Source: an uncultured Planctomycetia bacterium (GTDB taxonomy: Bacteria > Omnitrophota > Gorgyraeia > 2-02-FULL-51-18). From it: a stretch of 64,000 nucleotides of DNA. The stretch is from NCBI GenBank assembly GCA_964431835.1, contig CAYSKO010000004.1, positions 7,519-71,518 of the forward strand, given 5' to 3'. Shown here piece by piece: positions 23,199 through 32,009 of the stretch. The position numbers and the translations under genes were made by a program. Each line of letters begins with the position of its first letter. Within the stretch, counting starts at the first letter, position 1. A model generated the notes under the pieces. The model was not told where the DNA came from. It did no database searches and was given only the letters and a program-made list of their open reading frames with translations.

Positions 23199-23227
23199 AT
23201 CATAACACAGAGCCCGCGGACCATCAA
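23199..23227 (-). promoter_or_regulatory. Putative sigma70 promoter for the hypothetical-prfB-secA-lnt unit
   Basis: TTGATG-17 bp-TATGAT with TG extension. Confidence 0.5.
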
Positions 23228-24441
23228 TCGCCGAGAGGCAGCGAGATCGTAAAGGTCGCGCCCTTCCCTTCCTCCGAGCGCACGCCGATGTATCCTTCGT
23301 GGCGCCGGACGATGCCGTAGGAAACCGACAAGCCGAGGCCGGTACCGGGAGTCCGGTCGCTGCCGCCGCCGAGCACGCCTTTGGTGGTGACGAACGGCTC
23401 GAAGATCTTGTCGCGGAGAACGCGGGAGACGCCGTGACCGGTATCCGAGATCGAAAGAGACGCGCACCCCCGCCCTGAAGGCCTTTGGCCGAGCGGATCG
23501 GCGCCACAGACGTCCGCTTCCGCGCACCCGCAGCGGACGAGAGCGACGCTGAGCGTCTTCTCCTGGGCCCCTTCCATCGCTTCCACGGCGTTGCGGACGA
23601 GATGGACGATCACTTGCGAGAGTTGCCCCGGATACCCGCGGAAAACTGGAACGGGCGAAAGCCGCGTCTCGACGCGCACCCCCGCGTCCGAAATGCCCTT
23701 GGCGAGGAGTTTGAGCGTCTGGTTTACGACCTCTTCGAGCCGAACTTCTTCTTTTTTTTGAAGTTCTTCGCGGCGCGAGAAATCCATGAGCGCCTTGGCA
23801 ATGCGACCTCCGCGCCGCGTGCATTCGACGATTGTTTCGGCCATTTTCTTCGAGTCTTCCGCGTCCGCCCCCGCGGTCAGGAGTTCCGCGGCCGCGCCGA
23901 TAATCTGGAGAACGTTGTTGAATTCATGCGCGACCCCGTTGGCCAGCGTACCCACCGCAGACATTTTCGTCGAGTCCAGGAGCGCGGACTGGGTGCGCCG
24001 GAGCTCTGCATTCAGTTCCTTCTGCCGGTCTTGAAAGGATTTCAATCGGAGAAGCCCCTCGACGCGCGCGATCGTTTCTTCGGCGTGCGGCGGTTTCACG
24101 ATGTAGTCGCTCGCGCCGGATTTGAAGACGCGGACGCGGTGCTCGGGGTTGTCGAGCGAAGTGATGATAAGGAGCGGAAGGTCCTTGAAGCGCTCGTCGG
24201 CCTTCATGAGCACGCAAAGATCGAAGCCCTCGTTGTCCGGCATGAGCACGTCGAGGAAGACGAGGTCGGGCGTCCGGTCGCGCAGGACGTCCATCGCGCC
24301 GGCGGTGTCGGCGGCGAACTGGACCTCGTACTCGGGATGAGCGCCGATGAGGAGGGATTTCAGTCTTTCGCGGCCCGCTTCGTCCTGGTCGACGACGAGG
24401 ATGCGGCGCGCGCGTTTTTCGGGACTCCGGGAAAGCTCCAT
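23224..24441 (-). CDS. Cytoplasmic hybrid receiver-histidine kinase (REC-HisKA-HATPase)
   Basis: LDVLMPD and YIVKP receiver motifs, GVAHEFNN H-box, RNAVEAM N-box, ISDTGHG, FEPFVTTK, GTGLGLS. Confidence 0.92.
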   Translation of the reverse strand: MELSRSPEKRARRILVVDQDEAGRERLKSLLIGAHPEYEVQFAADTAGAMDVLRDRTPDLVFLDVLMPDNEGFDLCVLMKADERFKDLPLLIITSLDNPEHRVRVFKSGASDYIVKPPHAEETIARVEGLLRLKSFQDRQKELNAELRRTQSALLDSTKMSAVGTLANGVAHEFNNVLQIIGAAAELLTAGADAEDSKKMAETIVECTRRGGRIAKALMDFSRREELQKKEEVRLEEVVNQTLKLLAKGISDAGVRVETRLSPVPVFRGYPGQLSQVIVHLVRNAVEAMEGAQEKTLSVALVRCGCAEADVCGADPLGQRPSGRGCASLSISDTGHGVSRVLRDKIFEPFVTTKGVLGGGSDRTPGTGLGLSVSYGIVRRHEGYIGVRSEEGKGATFTISLPLGD

Positions 24442-24447
24442 CGAAGA

Positions 24448-24476
24448 ATTGTAACGTCCGTCCAGGGGACTGTCAA
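24448..24476 (-). promoter_or_regulatory. sigma70 promoter, probably giving a leaderless mRNA for the hybrid kinase
   Basis: TTGACA-17 bp-TACAAT; only 6 nt between -10 box and ATG, no SD. Confidence 0.75.
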
Positions 24477-24488
24477 TTCGCCCCGCGA

Positions 24489-25499
24489 TTAGCCTGGAAC
24501 GACGCGGGGGTCGGAAAGAACGTGGGCGATCAGATCTTTCTCGGCGACGCCTTCGGCCGCGAGAGCGCGTCCGGCGGCGTTATTGGCCAGGTCCATCCGG
24601 CTGTCTTCGGCCGATCCGGGAGCTCCGTCTTCGTGTGCCGCGGTTGCTCGCTCGGAGAATTCGGGGTCGAACGCCCGGACGAGCAGCCAGCTCCAAAGAA
24701 CGTGACGGTAGGCGTCCTTCGGAAATGCGGGATCGGTCCGAACCGCCGTCTCGGAGGCGGTTACGGCACGGTCGCGGATCCGAAGGAGCTCGGGCGCCTG
24801 CAAGGGATGGCGGCGGACGAACTCGATCTCCGCGTCCGTGAGCGGCTCGCGGAGCGACGACGAGATCCGCTTCATGTCCGTCCGGTCGATGGCGAGGAAA
24901 TAACGTCCGTTTTCGGAGTACGAACTCAAGCGGCCCTCGAGTTGGACCGCCTTCGAGAGGCGGAACACGCAGCGTCCGTCGAAGCCGAAAGGCACGGAGG
25001 TCGACCCCGAGCGCACGAGATCGCCGAGACCGCGGAACACGCGCCCCGCTTCGACCGCCGCCTCGCGCGGACGGAGCGGATTCATCGGTAGGACGAAACG
25101 CATCGACCGGCCGACGATCCGGTCGTCCGGACGAAGGGGATCGGCGGGCCAAATGCGGATTCCCTGGAGGCGGAGCTCGAAGACAGGCCCCTTGAAGCTC
25201 TCAAGCGCCAGCGTGGCCCGCTCGACTCCAATTAGGTACTCGAGCCCGAATGATTCGGTCCCCTCGCGCGCGAACCGTACGCGGGCGGAAAAATTCTCCC
25301 AGTGTACCGCGTCAGGAGAATCCAGGCGAACCGCCGTGAAACGGGCAGCCTGCATCCGGAATCCGAGCCGCTCGGAATTCGCCACGACAGAACCGAGCGC
25401 GCGGCGCGATGCCGCATCGAGCGAATAAGCGACGAGGAAATAAAGCCCCAGCACCAGCGCGCAGCACGCGAAGACGACGACCGGAAAAAGACGCCTCAC
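24489..25499 (-). CDS. Membrane-anchored hypothetical protein with DUF6973-like C-terminal motif
   Basis: N-terminal TM; C-term DAYRHVLWS...AHE...MDLANNAAGR; GTG overlaps uvrC stop. Confidence 0.6.
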   Translation of the reverse strand: MRRLFPVVVFACCALVLGLYFLVAYSLDAASRRALGSVVANSERLGFRMQAARFTAVRLDSPDAVHWENFSARVRFAREGTESFGLEYLIGVERATLALESFKGPVFELRLQGIRIWPADPLRPDDRIVGRSMRFVLPMNPLRPREAAVEAGRVFRGLGDLVRSGSTSVPFGFDGRCVFRLSKAVQLEGRLSSYSENGRYFLAIDRTDMKRISSSLREPLTDAEIEFVRRHPLQAPELLRIRDRAVTASETAVRTDPAFPKDAYRHVLWSWLLVRAFDPEFSERATAAHEDGAPGSAEDSRMDLANNAAGRALAAEGVAEKDLIAHVLSDPRVVPG

Positions 25500-26941
25500 G
25501 CCGCGTCTTTCCGGGGACCGAGCGCCCGCAGGATCTCCTCGGCGGTTTTCTCGCCGATGCCCGCGCGCTCCGCGATCTCGCTCGCGGGCAGCGAGCGGAT
25601 CTTCCGGACCGAACCGATGCGCTTGAGAAGCCTGTCCTTCGTGACCGGACCTACTCCGGGAATCTCATCGAGCGCGGAGACCATCGCTTCTTTCTTGTGC
25701 AGCCGCCTGTGGTACTGGATGGCGAACCGGTGCGCCTCGTCCCGCAGATGGCGCACCACTTGGAGCGCCTGCGACGTGGGCGGCAGGACGTAGGGGCCTT
25801 CCCGGTCGGGCTTGAAAAGGTGTTCGTGCTGCTTTGCAATGGAAATGACGGACAAATCCTGGAATCCGCCGGCGTCGAGCTCCGCTTTCGCGGCCGCCAG
25901 ATGGCCCCTGCCCCCGTCGATCACCACGAGATCGGGCATCGGCCACCCTTCGGCGTGCACGCGCGAATAGCGGCGGCCGACCACCTCTCTCATCATTTTA
26001 TAGTCGTCGATGCCGGTCACGGTCTTGATGCGGAAGCGGCGGTACTCCGAACGCGCGGGCTTGCCGTCGACGAACACGACCATCGATCCGACGGCCTCTT
26101 TCCCGTGAATGTTCGAAATGTCGAAGCACTCGATGCGACGCGGCACCTCTTTCAGCTCGATCGCCGCCCTTAGTTCCTCCAGGACGATATTGCCCGAGGG
26201 ACGCAAGGACGGCGTCGGCACCGCCGAAAGCGCCTGGATCTCGACGAAAAGCGCCTGCGCTTTCTCGTACTCCCGGTTTTTCGAGTGCTCCTTCATGCGC
26301 CGCGCGAGATTCCGCACGAGCGCGTCGCGGCGGCCCAGAAGGAAGGCCTCGAGCTCCTTCACGGTGTCATTGTAGCTGTCGCCCGTCTGCTTGGCTTCGC
26401 ACGGCCCGCCGCACTGGTTCAGGTGGTACATGAGGCAGAGGCGTTTCGGAAGGGTCCGGCAGATGCGGAGCGGAAACTGGAGCCGGAGCATGCGGACAGC
26501 CTGGCGCAGAAGCTTCGCGTTCGTGTACGGACCGAAATATTTCGCGCCGTCCGCCTTGCGGCCCCGGGCGACCAAGAGCCGCGGGTATTCCTCGTTCGTG
26601 ATCTTGAGGTAAGGGAAGCTCTTGTCGTCCTTGAGCTCCTGGTTGTACTTCGGCATCGCCTCCTTCACGAGGCTCGCTTCGAGGAGGAGCGCTTCGGCTT
26701 CGGTCGGCGTCTCGATGAAATCGACGCGCGAAACCTGCGAGAGCATCACACCCTCCTTGCCGAAGCCTTCCCCGTAGAAACGGAAATGGCCCATCACCCT
26801 CTTCCGGATGGAGAGCGCCTTGCCGATGTAGACGGGCTTCTTGTTGTGGTCGCGAAAAATGTACACCCCGGGCCCGCCGGGGAGTTCCCGGATTCGGTTC
26901 TTCAGGTATTCAGGGATGAGCTTTTCCGTCGCCATGACCAA
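25496..26941 (-). CDS. uvrC: Excinuclease ABC subunit C (compact form); start 26941 or 26935
   Basis: GVY..YIGKA GIY-YIG, Cys cluster, RIECFDISN, DDYKMMREV..RRY, IDGGRGH, LRDEAHRFA, HhH. Confidence 0.95.
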   Translation of the reverse strand: MVMATEKLIPEYLKNRIRELPGGPGVYIFRDHNKKPVYIGKALSIRKRVMGHFRFYGEGFGKEGVMLSQVSRVDFIETPTEAEALLLEASLVKEAMPKYNQELKDDKSFPYLKITNEEYPRLLVARGRKADGAKYFGPYTNAKLLRQAVRMLRLQFPLRICRTLPKRLCLMYHLNQCGGPCEAKQTGDSYNDTVKELEAFLLGRRDALVRNLARRMKEHSKNREYEKAQALFVEIQALSAVPTPSLRPSGNIVLEELRAAIELKEVPRRIECFDISNIHGKEAVGSMVVFVDGKPARSEYRRFRIKTVTGIDDYKMMREVVGRRYSRVHAEGWPMPDLVVIDGGRGHLAAAKAELDAGGFQDLSVISIAKQHEHLFKPDREGPYVLPPTSQALQVVRHLRDEAHRFAIQYHRRLHKKEAMVSALDEIPGVGPVTKDRLLKRIGSVRKIRSLPASEIAERAGIGEKTAEEILRALGPRKDAA

Positions 26942-28476
26942 ATCTTCCTCGCTTCCTCTATTCTAAACCAAAAACAGGCCGCGAAGTAGACACCGACGCA
27001 CGCGGCGATGCCCAGAGCCAGGAGCGCGCCCTCGAGCGCCGCGCCGTGGAACGCCCGCGGCTCGAGCACCCAGCGGTCGTAAGCGAACGCGAGCCCGCCC
27101 ATAAGCGCAGCGGATGCTCCCATGGGCGCCGCCGCGGCCAGCACGCGGCGGCCTCCCAGCGAGCCAAGCCGGCGGCGGAGCGCCGCGTACAGGAGCGCCA
27201 TGTTCACGGTGGCCGAGATACTGGAAGCGAGCGTAAGGCCCCCGATTCCCATCGTGCGCATGAAGACGAGCGAGAGCGCGACGTTGAGCCCCACGGAAAA
27301 AAGCATCGTCTTCACCGGAGTGCGCGTGTCCTGCATCGCGTAGAAGGAGTTCACGAGGATCTTGATGTAACAGCAGGACAAAAGCCCGAACGCGTAGAAA
27401 AAAAGCGCGGACGAGGTGATCGAAGTCGAATACGCGTCGAACTTCCCTCTCTCGAAGATGATGCGCACGATCGGCCGGGACAGAGCCACGAGCCCGGCGG
27501 TTGCCGGAAGCGCGACGAACGCGAGCGTGCGGAGCGCCGTCTCGAGCGTCGCCTTGAACTCCTTCAGGTTCCCTTTCACCATCTGGAGAGAAAAAGTCGG
27601 GAGGATCGCCTGAGCGAGCGCGATGCCGAAGATCGCAAGCGGAAGCTGGAAGAGGCGGTTGGCGTAATAAAGCGCGGACTGGCCGCCCGCGCCTACGATC
27701 GATTCGAACGACGCGAGGATCGAGTCGACGAAGACGTTGATCTGGTAAAGCGCCGAGCCCAACGCACGTGGTAAGAGGAGCTTGCCTATCTTTTTCGCCG
27801 AATCGTCGAACGCGGGACGCGCAAAGCGGAAACCGCTCTTCACGAGCGGCGGGATCTGGCAGCCGAGCTGGAGCACCCCGCCCGCGAGAACGCCGAAGAC
27901 GAGCGCCATCGGGCCGTAACGCCCCTCGAAGAAGAAGCCCGCGGTGATCATCGCGAGATTGAGGAGGATCGGCCCCAGCGCCGAACTTGCGAACTCCTTC
28001 ATGGAATTGAGAACGCCCATCGCGAGGGCCGAGAGCCCGATCAGGAAGACGTACGGGAACATCACGCGCGTCAAACGTACGGTGAGCGGAAATTTATCGG
28101 GATCCGCCGATTCGGCGAACCCGGGAGCGAGCAGGGCCACGATGTTGGGAGCGAACACGACGCCGAGCACGGCCAGCGTCGCGAGTACCACGGTCATCGC
28201 CAGGAAAAGCGCCGTCACGAGGTTCCAGAAGGATTCCGGCTGCTTCTCACGACGTTCCGTCAGCACCGGAACGAAAGCGGAGTTGGCCGCCCCCTCGCCC
28301 ACGAGATCCCGGAGGAGGTTCGGCAGCTTGAAACTGACGACGAACGCCTCCGCCGCCATGCCGGTTCCGAACGCTGTCGCGATGACAAGGTCCCGGACGA
28401 AACCCAGGATCCGGGAGACGCCCGTCAAGGAGCCTATGATTCCGGCCGAACGGGCCAATTTTCGATGGGTTGACAC
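26902..28476 (-). CDS. murJ: Lipid II flippase MurJ (MviN)
   Basis: GTG 28476 after SD GGGGAG; SRILGFVRD, FKLPNLLRDLVGEGA..AFVPV, YANRLFQLP, FYAMQDTRTPV. Confidence 0.95.
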   Translation of the reverse strand: MSTHRKLARSAGIIGSLTGVSRILGFVRDLVIATAFGTGMAAEAFVVSFKLPNLLRDLVGEGAANSAFVPVLTERREKQPESFWNLVTALFLAMTVVLATLAVLGVVFAPNIVALLAPGFAESADPDKFPLTVRLTRVMFPYVFLIGLSALAMGVLNSMKEFASSALGPILLNLAMITAGFFFEGRYGPMALVFGVLAGGVLQLGCQIPPLVKSGFRFARPAFDDSAKKIGKLLLPRALGSALYQINVFVDSILASFESIVGAGGQSALYYANRLFQLPLAIFGIALAQAILPTFSLQMVKGNLKEFKATLETALRTLAFVALPATAGLVALSRPIVRIIFERGKFDAYSTSITSSALFFYAFGLLSCCYIKILVNSFYAMQDTRTPVKTMLFSVGLNVALSLVFMRTMGIGGLTLASSISATVNMALLYAALRRRLGSLGGRRVLAAAAPMGASAALMGGLAFAYDRWVLEPRAFHGAALEGALLALGIAACVGVYFAACFWFRIEEARKIWSWRRKSSSLNT

Positions 28477-28499
28477 GCCGCTCCCCTTTCCCGTAAAAT
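28470..28499 (+). promoter_or_regulatory. sigma70 promoter of rpsT overlapping the murJ start codon
   Basis: TTGACA (28470-75)-18 bp-TAAAAT (28494-99). Confidence 0.7.
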
Positions 28500-28524
28500 A
28501 GCCCCTCCAAAACGAAAGGGGCTT

Positions 28525-28803
28525 ATGGCACATCGCAGACAATCGATCAAGAAGATCCGTATCGACAAGCGCCGCAGAGAGCACAACATCCGGGTCATCT
28601 CGGAACTCAAGACCGTCACGCGGAAACTTCAGGGTTTCGTGGCCGGCAAGAACTACGACGAAGCGGTGAAGCAGTCCCGCGTGTTCTTCTCGAAGCTTGA
28701 TAAAGCGGTCAAGAAGGGCATCCTGCACAAGAACCGCGCTTCCCGTCGCAAGTCGCGCGTCACGCTCCGGCTGAACGCTCTGAAAGGCGCTAAAACCGTC
28801 TAA
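28525..28803 (+). CDS. rpsT: 30S ribosomal protein S20
   Basis: MAHRRQSIKKIR...LDKAVKKGILHKNRASRRKSR. Confidence 0.97.
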   Translation: MAHRRQSIKKIRIDKRRREHNIRVISELKTVTRKLQGFVAGKNYDEAVKQSRVFFSKLDKAVKKGILHKNRASRRKSRVTLRLNALKGAKTV

Positions 28804-28830
28804 CTCCGAGCAACGCGTTTTTTAAAGAGC

Positions 28831-28863
28831 CGCCCGTCCGGTCTCCGGACGGGCGTTTTTTTT
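28831..28863 (+). terminator. Intrinsic terminator of rpsT
   Basis: CGCCCGTCCGG-TCT-CCGGACGGGCG followed by T8. Confidence 0.9.
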
Positions 28864-28865
28864 CG

Positions 28866-29828
28866 TTAAGCGCAGAGCTCGAGGATGGCTTTCTCGAACG
28901 CGAGCCGCTCGCCCAGCCGGCCGGTCTTGATCGCCTCGTCGCACTCGAGGAGCGATGCCGCGAGCTTGGTCGCCTTCCCTCCGCGCGCCTGCTCCGCCTG
29001 CCTCACGAACTTGTCGACGAAATAAGGGTGCACTTTAAGCTCCCGGCCGATTTCGGCCGGAGACGCGCCCCGCTCCACCAGCGCCGCGCCGCGCCGGAGG
29101 CGCTCCACCTGCCCCGCGAGCACCGCCACGATCTCGAACGGGCGCGTGCCCTCCGAGAGGAGCGACGAGGCCATCGCGAGCGCGAGGGCCGGTTTTTTAT
29201 CAAGCACGGCGTCGACGAGCTTGAAGACGTCAGTCTGAAGCGAGCGTCCGACGAGCTGCTCGGCGTCCTTTTCCTCGACGCGTTTGCGCGGCGAAACGAA
29301 CACCGCCAGCTGCTCGATCGACTGGCACATTCCCGCCAGATCCTTTCCCGAACGCTCGAGAAGCACGCGAACCGCGCCGCGCTCGAGCTGGACGCCGGCC
29401 TTCTTCGCGCGGGCGTCGAGCCACGCAGGCATCTCGTTGTCGTACGGCGGGCGGCAGGAGACCATCTCGGCGCCTTCGGCGAGCTTCTTCAAGAAAGCGT
29501 CCTTGCGGACGTCCCCCTCGCCCGCCACGAGGACGAGCGCTGCCCACGACGGAAGCCCTTCCAGCGCGGCGACGAGCGCATCCCGGTCGTCGTCCTCGAG
29601 CTCTTCGACCTCGAACAAGACGGCCATGCGCTTGGGACTGAGAAAAGGGGCCGTCCGGACGAAATCAAGCGCGGTGCGGGCCGGCTGGGAAGAAGCGGAA
29701 AATTCTTGGTAATCGGAAGCGTCGGAAGCGGCGGGCAGGTTCTTCTTGCGGAGTTCGGAGAGCGTTTCTTTTTTGAGGAAGTCGTCTTTGCCGATGAGGA
29801 GCCAGGCGCTCCCGGCGGCCTTCACCAT
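28866..29828 (-). CDS. holA: DNA polymerase III delta subunit
   Basis: WLLIGKDDFLK, TAPFLSPKRM, DVFKLVDAV, CDEAIKTG; lptE-holA-rpsT context. Confidence 0.88.
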   Translation of the reverse strand: MVKAAGSAWLLIGKDDFLKKETLSELRKKNLPAASDASDYQEFSASSQPARTALDFVRTAPFLSPKRMAVLFEVEELEDDDRDALVAALEGLPSWAALVLVAGEGDVRKDAFLKKLAEGAEMVSCRPPYDNEMPAWLDARAKKAGVQLERGAVRVLLERSGKDLAGMCQSIEQLAVFVSPRKRVEEKDAEQLVGRSLQTDVFKLVDAVLDKKPALALAMASSLLSEGTRPFEIVAVLAGQVERLRRGAALVERGASPAEIGRELKVHPYFVDKFVRQAEQARGGKATKLAASLLECDEAIKTGRLGERLAFEKAILELCA

Positions 29829-30364
29829 ATCTCGACAGTGTTCTCGACCACACGGCGCGCGAGATCCTCGACCGCACGCGTCACGGCCTCGTCTTCGCTC
29901 ACCGCGCGCGAACCGGAAAGGAAGAAGGTCGTGTCGCCGGTGAGGTTGTTTTGTTCCCAGAGCGGCTTTCCGGTCCCCTTCAACGTCACTTTACAGCTCA
30001 CAACCACGTTCAGGCGGTACTCCTGAATGTCATCGTCCTCGCTGTAACGGAGCGCGTCCCGGCGGTAGTCGACGAGCTTCGCCTCCACTATCGCGTCCGC
30101 GGTCTCGGGGCCCGTCACGTTCAGGTGTCCGTCGAAGATGAAGCGGTTGATGATGGCGTTCGTCACGTCCACCTCGACCCCGGGGCGGTACGTCCGGAAG
30201 CGTTCGTCGGTGCTGACCTCCGCGGAGAGATCGATCGCATTCTTGACCGGCGCGACGTGGATGTTCTTCACGGTGTCGGGAAGATTCGATTTCGTCGTGT
30301 AACCGCAGCCCGCCGCGAAAAGGAAGGCCGCCGCGGACGCCGCCGCGAGGAAGCGCTTTACCAC
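29822..30364 (-). CDS. lptE: LptE family lipoprotein
   Basis: Lipobox AAGC-GY, QEYRL, LARRVVE..W; upstream of holA. Confidence 0.8.
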   Translation of the reverse strand: MVKRFLAAASAAAFLFAAGCGYTTKSNLPDTVKNIHVAPVKNAIDLSAEVSTDERFRTYRPGVEVDVTNAIINRFIFDGHLNVTGPETADAIVEAKLVDYRRDALRYSEDDDIQEYRLNVVVSCKVTLKGTGKPLWEQNNLTGDTTFFLSGSRAVSEDEAVTRAVEDLARRVVENTVEIW

Positions 30365-31386
30365 GGCTTATACCACTTCTTCCCGGACTTGCCGGAGCCG
30401 CCGGACTTGTCCGCTTTCGGCTCACCCGTTTCATTCGCGACGATCTCGTCCAAACGCTTGCGCGAAGGCTGCGCGAAGGAGGTCTCCGGATACTTGGTGA
30501 CGATTTCCTGGTAATAGAGTTTCGCGCTCGAGGTTTTCCCGCGCTTGTCGTAGAACCCGGCGGTCTCGAAACTCGTCTCAGCCTTTTTCCGCCGGAGCAC
30601 TTTAATTGCCTCGTCGGCCTCCGCGTTCTGAGTGTTCTCCGGGAAGTCTTTCTTGAACCCCTCGAACTCCTCGATCGCGCGCTCGGCCGAGTTCTCGTTG
30701 TACTGATCCGAATCGGACGCCTGCATCGAGCAGTACGCGACCTGGTACTTCGCCTGCGCGATGAGCTCCGACTGTGGATATTCGTCGAGCACCTGCTGGA
30801 ACGCGCGCTGCGCTTCGTCGTACGCCCCCTGCATTTTATAGACTTCGCCCAGTTTGAACTGGGCCTGATCGCCGTAGGTTCCGAACGGCGCGTTCTTGAC
30901 GATGTGTTTGTAGAGTTCAATCGCCTTCTCCTGCCCCGAAAGCACCGGCACGCCGAGAACCTTCATGCGGGTGCCCGAAGCGAATTGGCCGGCGATGTCG
31001 TACTCGCGTTTCACGCCGTCCTTGATCCGGTCGCTGTAGGGATATTTGTCGATGAGTTTCTGGTATGCGTCCGCGGCTTTGGCGATATCATTCTTCTCTT
31101 CCCAGGCGAGGCCCGCGTGGTAAGCGGCTTCGGCGGCCAGGCGCGAATTCGGGAACGTGTTCATCAGCTTCTCGAACTCGGCGATCGCGCGGTCCCACTC
31201 GTTGCGGTTGAAGAATTCGAGAGCCCACGAGAATTGCTCTTCGGGCGTGTCTTTGGCTGCGCTCTTGGGGTTGATCCACTTGCCGATATCGGGGCTCCAG
31301 ACCCAGCCGGCGGAGGCCTGGGAGAGCGGCATAAAAAGGGCGATCAGGGCGATCGGAAAGGCACGGAAATAAGCGGTTTTCTTCAT
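30358..31386 (-). CDS. bamD: Outer-membrane assembly factor BamD-like TPR protein
   Basis: ATG 31386 with SD; signal peptide; TPRs with FPNS/YPYS/YPQS/FPEN/YPET turns; adjacent to lptE. Confidence 0.8.
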   Translation of the reverse strand: MKKTAYFRAFPIALIALFMPLSQASAGWVWSPDIGKWINPKSAAKDTPEEQFSWALEFFNRNEWDRAIAEFEKLMNTFPNSRLAAEAAYHAGLAWEEKNDIAKAADAYQKLIDKYPYSDRIKDGVKREYDIAGQFASGTRMKVLGVPVLSGQEKAIELYKHIVKNAPFGTYGDQAQFKLGEVYKMQGAYDEAQRAFQQVLDEYPQSELIAQAKYQVAYCSMQASDSDQYNENSAERAIEEFEGFKKDFPENTQNAEADEAIKVLRRKKAETSFETAGFYDKRGKTSSAKLYYQEIVTKYPETSFAQPSRKRLDEIVANETGEPKADKSGGSGKSGKKWYKPW

Positions 31387-31410
31387 TTTTGATCCTTTTT
31401 CAAAGGCTCT

Positions 31411-31440
31411 AGCATACCCGCGGCAGCTTCGAGTTGTCAA
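31411..31440 (-). promoter_or_regulatory. Putative sigma70 promoter of bamD-lptE-holA
   Basis: TTGACA-18 bp-TATGCT. Confidence 0.6.
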
Positions 31441-32009
31441 CGAATCCGATTCAACACGAGCTTAGCGAGCACATCGGCCTCGAGATTGACGCGTGTGCCA
31501 GGTTTAAGGCCCCCCAGCGACGTGACCTTGAGCGTGTGCGGAACGAGGTGGATCCAAAATCCGGGCTTCGAGACCTTGCCGAGCGTGAGACTCACGCCGT
31601 CGACCGTCACCGATCCCTTTTCCACGAGAAAACGCCGGATCGGAGCCGGAAACGACACAAGAGCGCTCATTCCCTTCTTTTCGGGAGTCAAACGCTTCAC
31701 GCGGCCGACGCCGTCCACGTGGCCCAGCACGAAATGTCCGTCCAGGCGGCTCGAAACTTTGAGCGGGCGCTCCAAATTCACGCGGTCCCCGTGTTTTAAA
31801 ATGCCGAGCGCCGTCCGTCGCCGCGTCTCCGCGACAACGTCGAAGCGGAGCGTGCCGGCCGAACGGCCGGCGACCGTAAGGCACGTGCCGTTGACCGCGA
31901 GGCTCGCGCCTTTTTTCAAACGCGCAAGGTTCCGCGGCACTTCGATCTCGAGCCGAGCGCCAGAGAACCCGCGGACTCGACCTGCCGCCTCGACGATGCC
32001 CGTGAACAT
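31437..32009 (-). CDS. ribE: Riboflavin synthase (alpha chain)
   Basis: Start MFTGIV at 32009; SLAVNGTCLTV, VNLER, GHFVLGHVDG, KGSVTVDGVSLT. Confidence 0.96.
   Translation of the reverse strand: MFTGIVEAAGRVRGFSGARLEIEVPRNLARLKKGASLAVNGTCLTVAGRSAGTLRFDVVAETRRRTALGILKHGDRVNLERPLKVSSRLDGHFVLGHVDGVGRVKRLTPEKKGMSALVSFPAPIRRFLVEKGSVTVDGVSLTLGKVSKPGFWIHLVPHTLKVTSLGGLKPGTRVNLEADVLAKLVLNRIR

Noticed and set aside
25496-26941. UvrC as a truncated pseudogene (481 aa)
   Set aside because: Both nuclease domains and the HhH region are present; compact UvrC forms exist
28477-28728. N-terminal extension of MurJ overlapping rpsT
   Set aside because: Antisense read-through of rpsT; GTG 28476 has a good SD and matches the MurJ N-terminus
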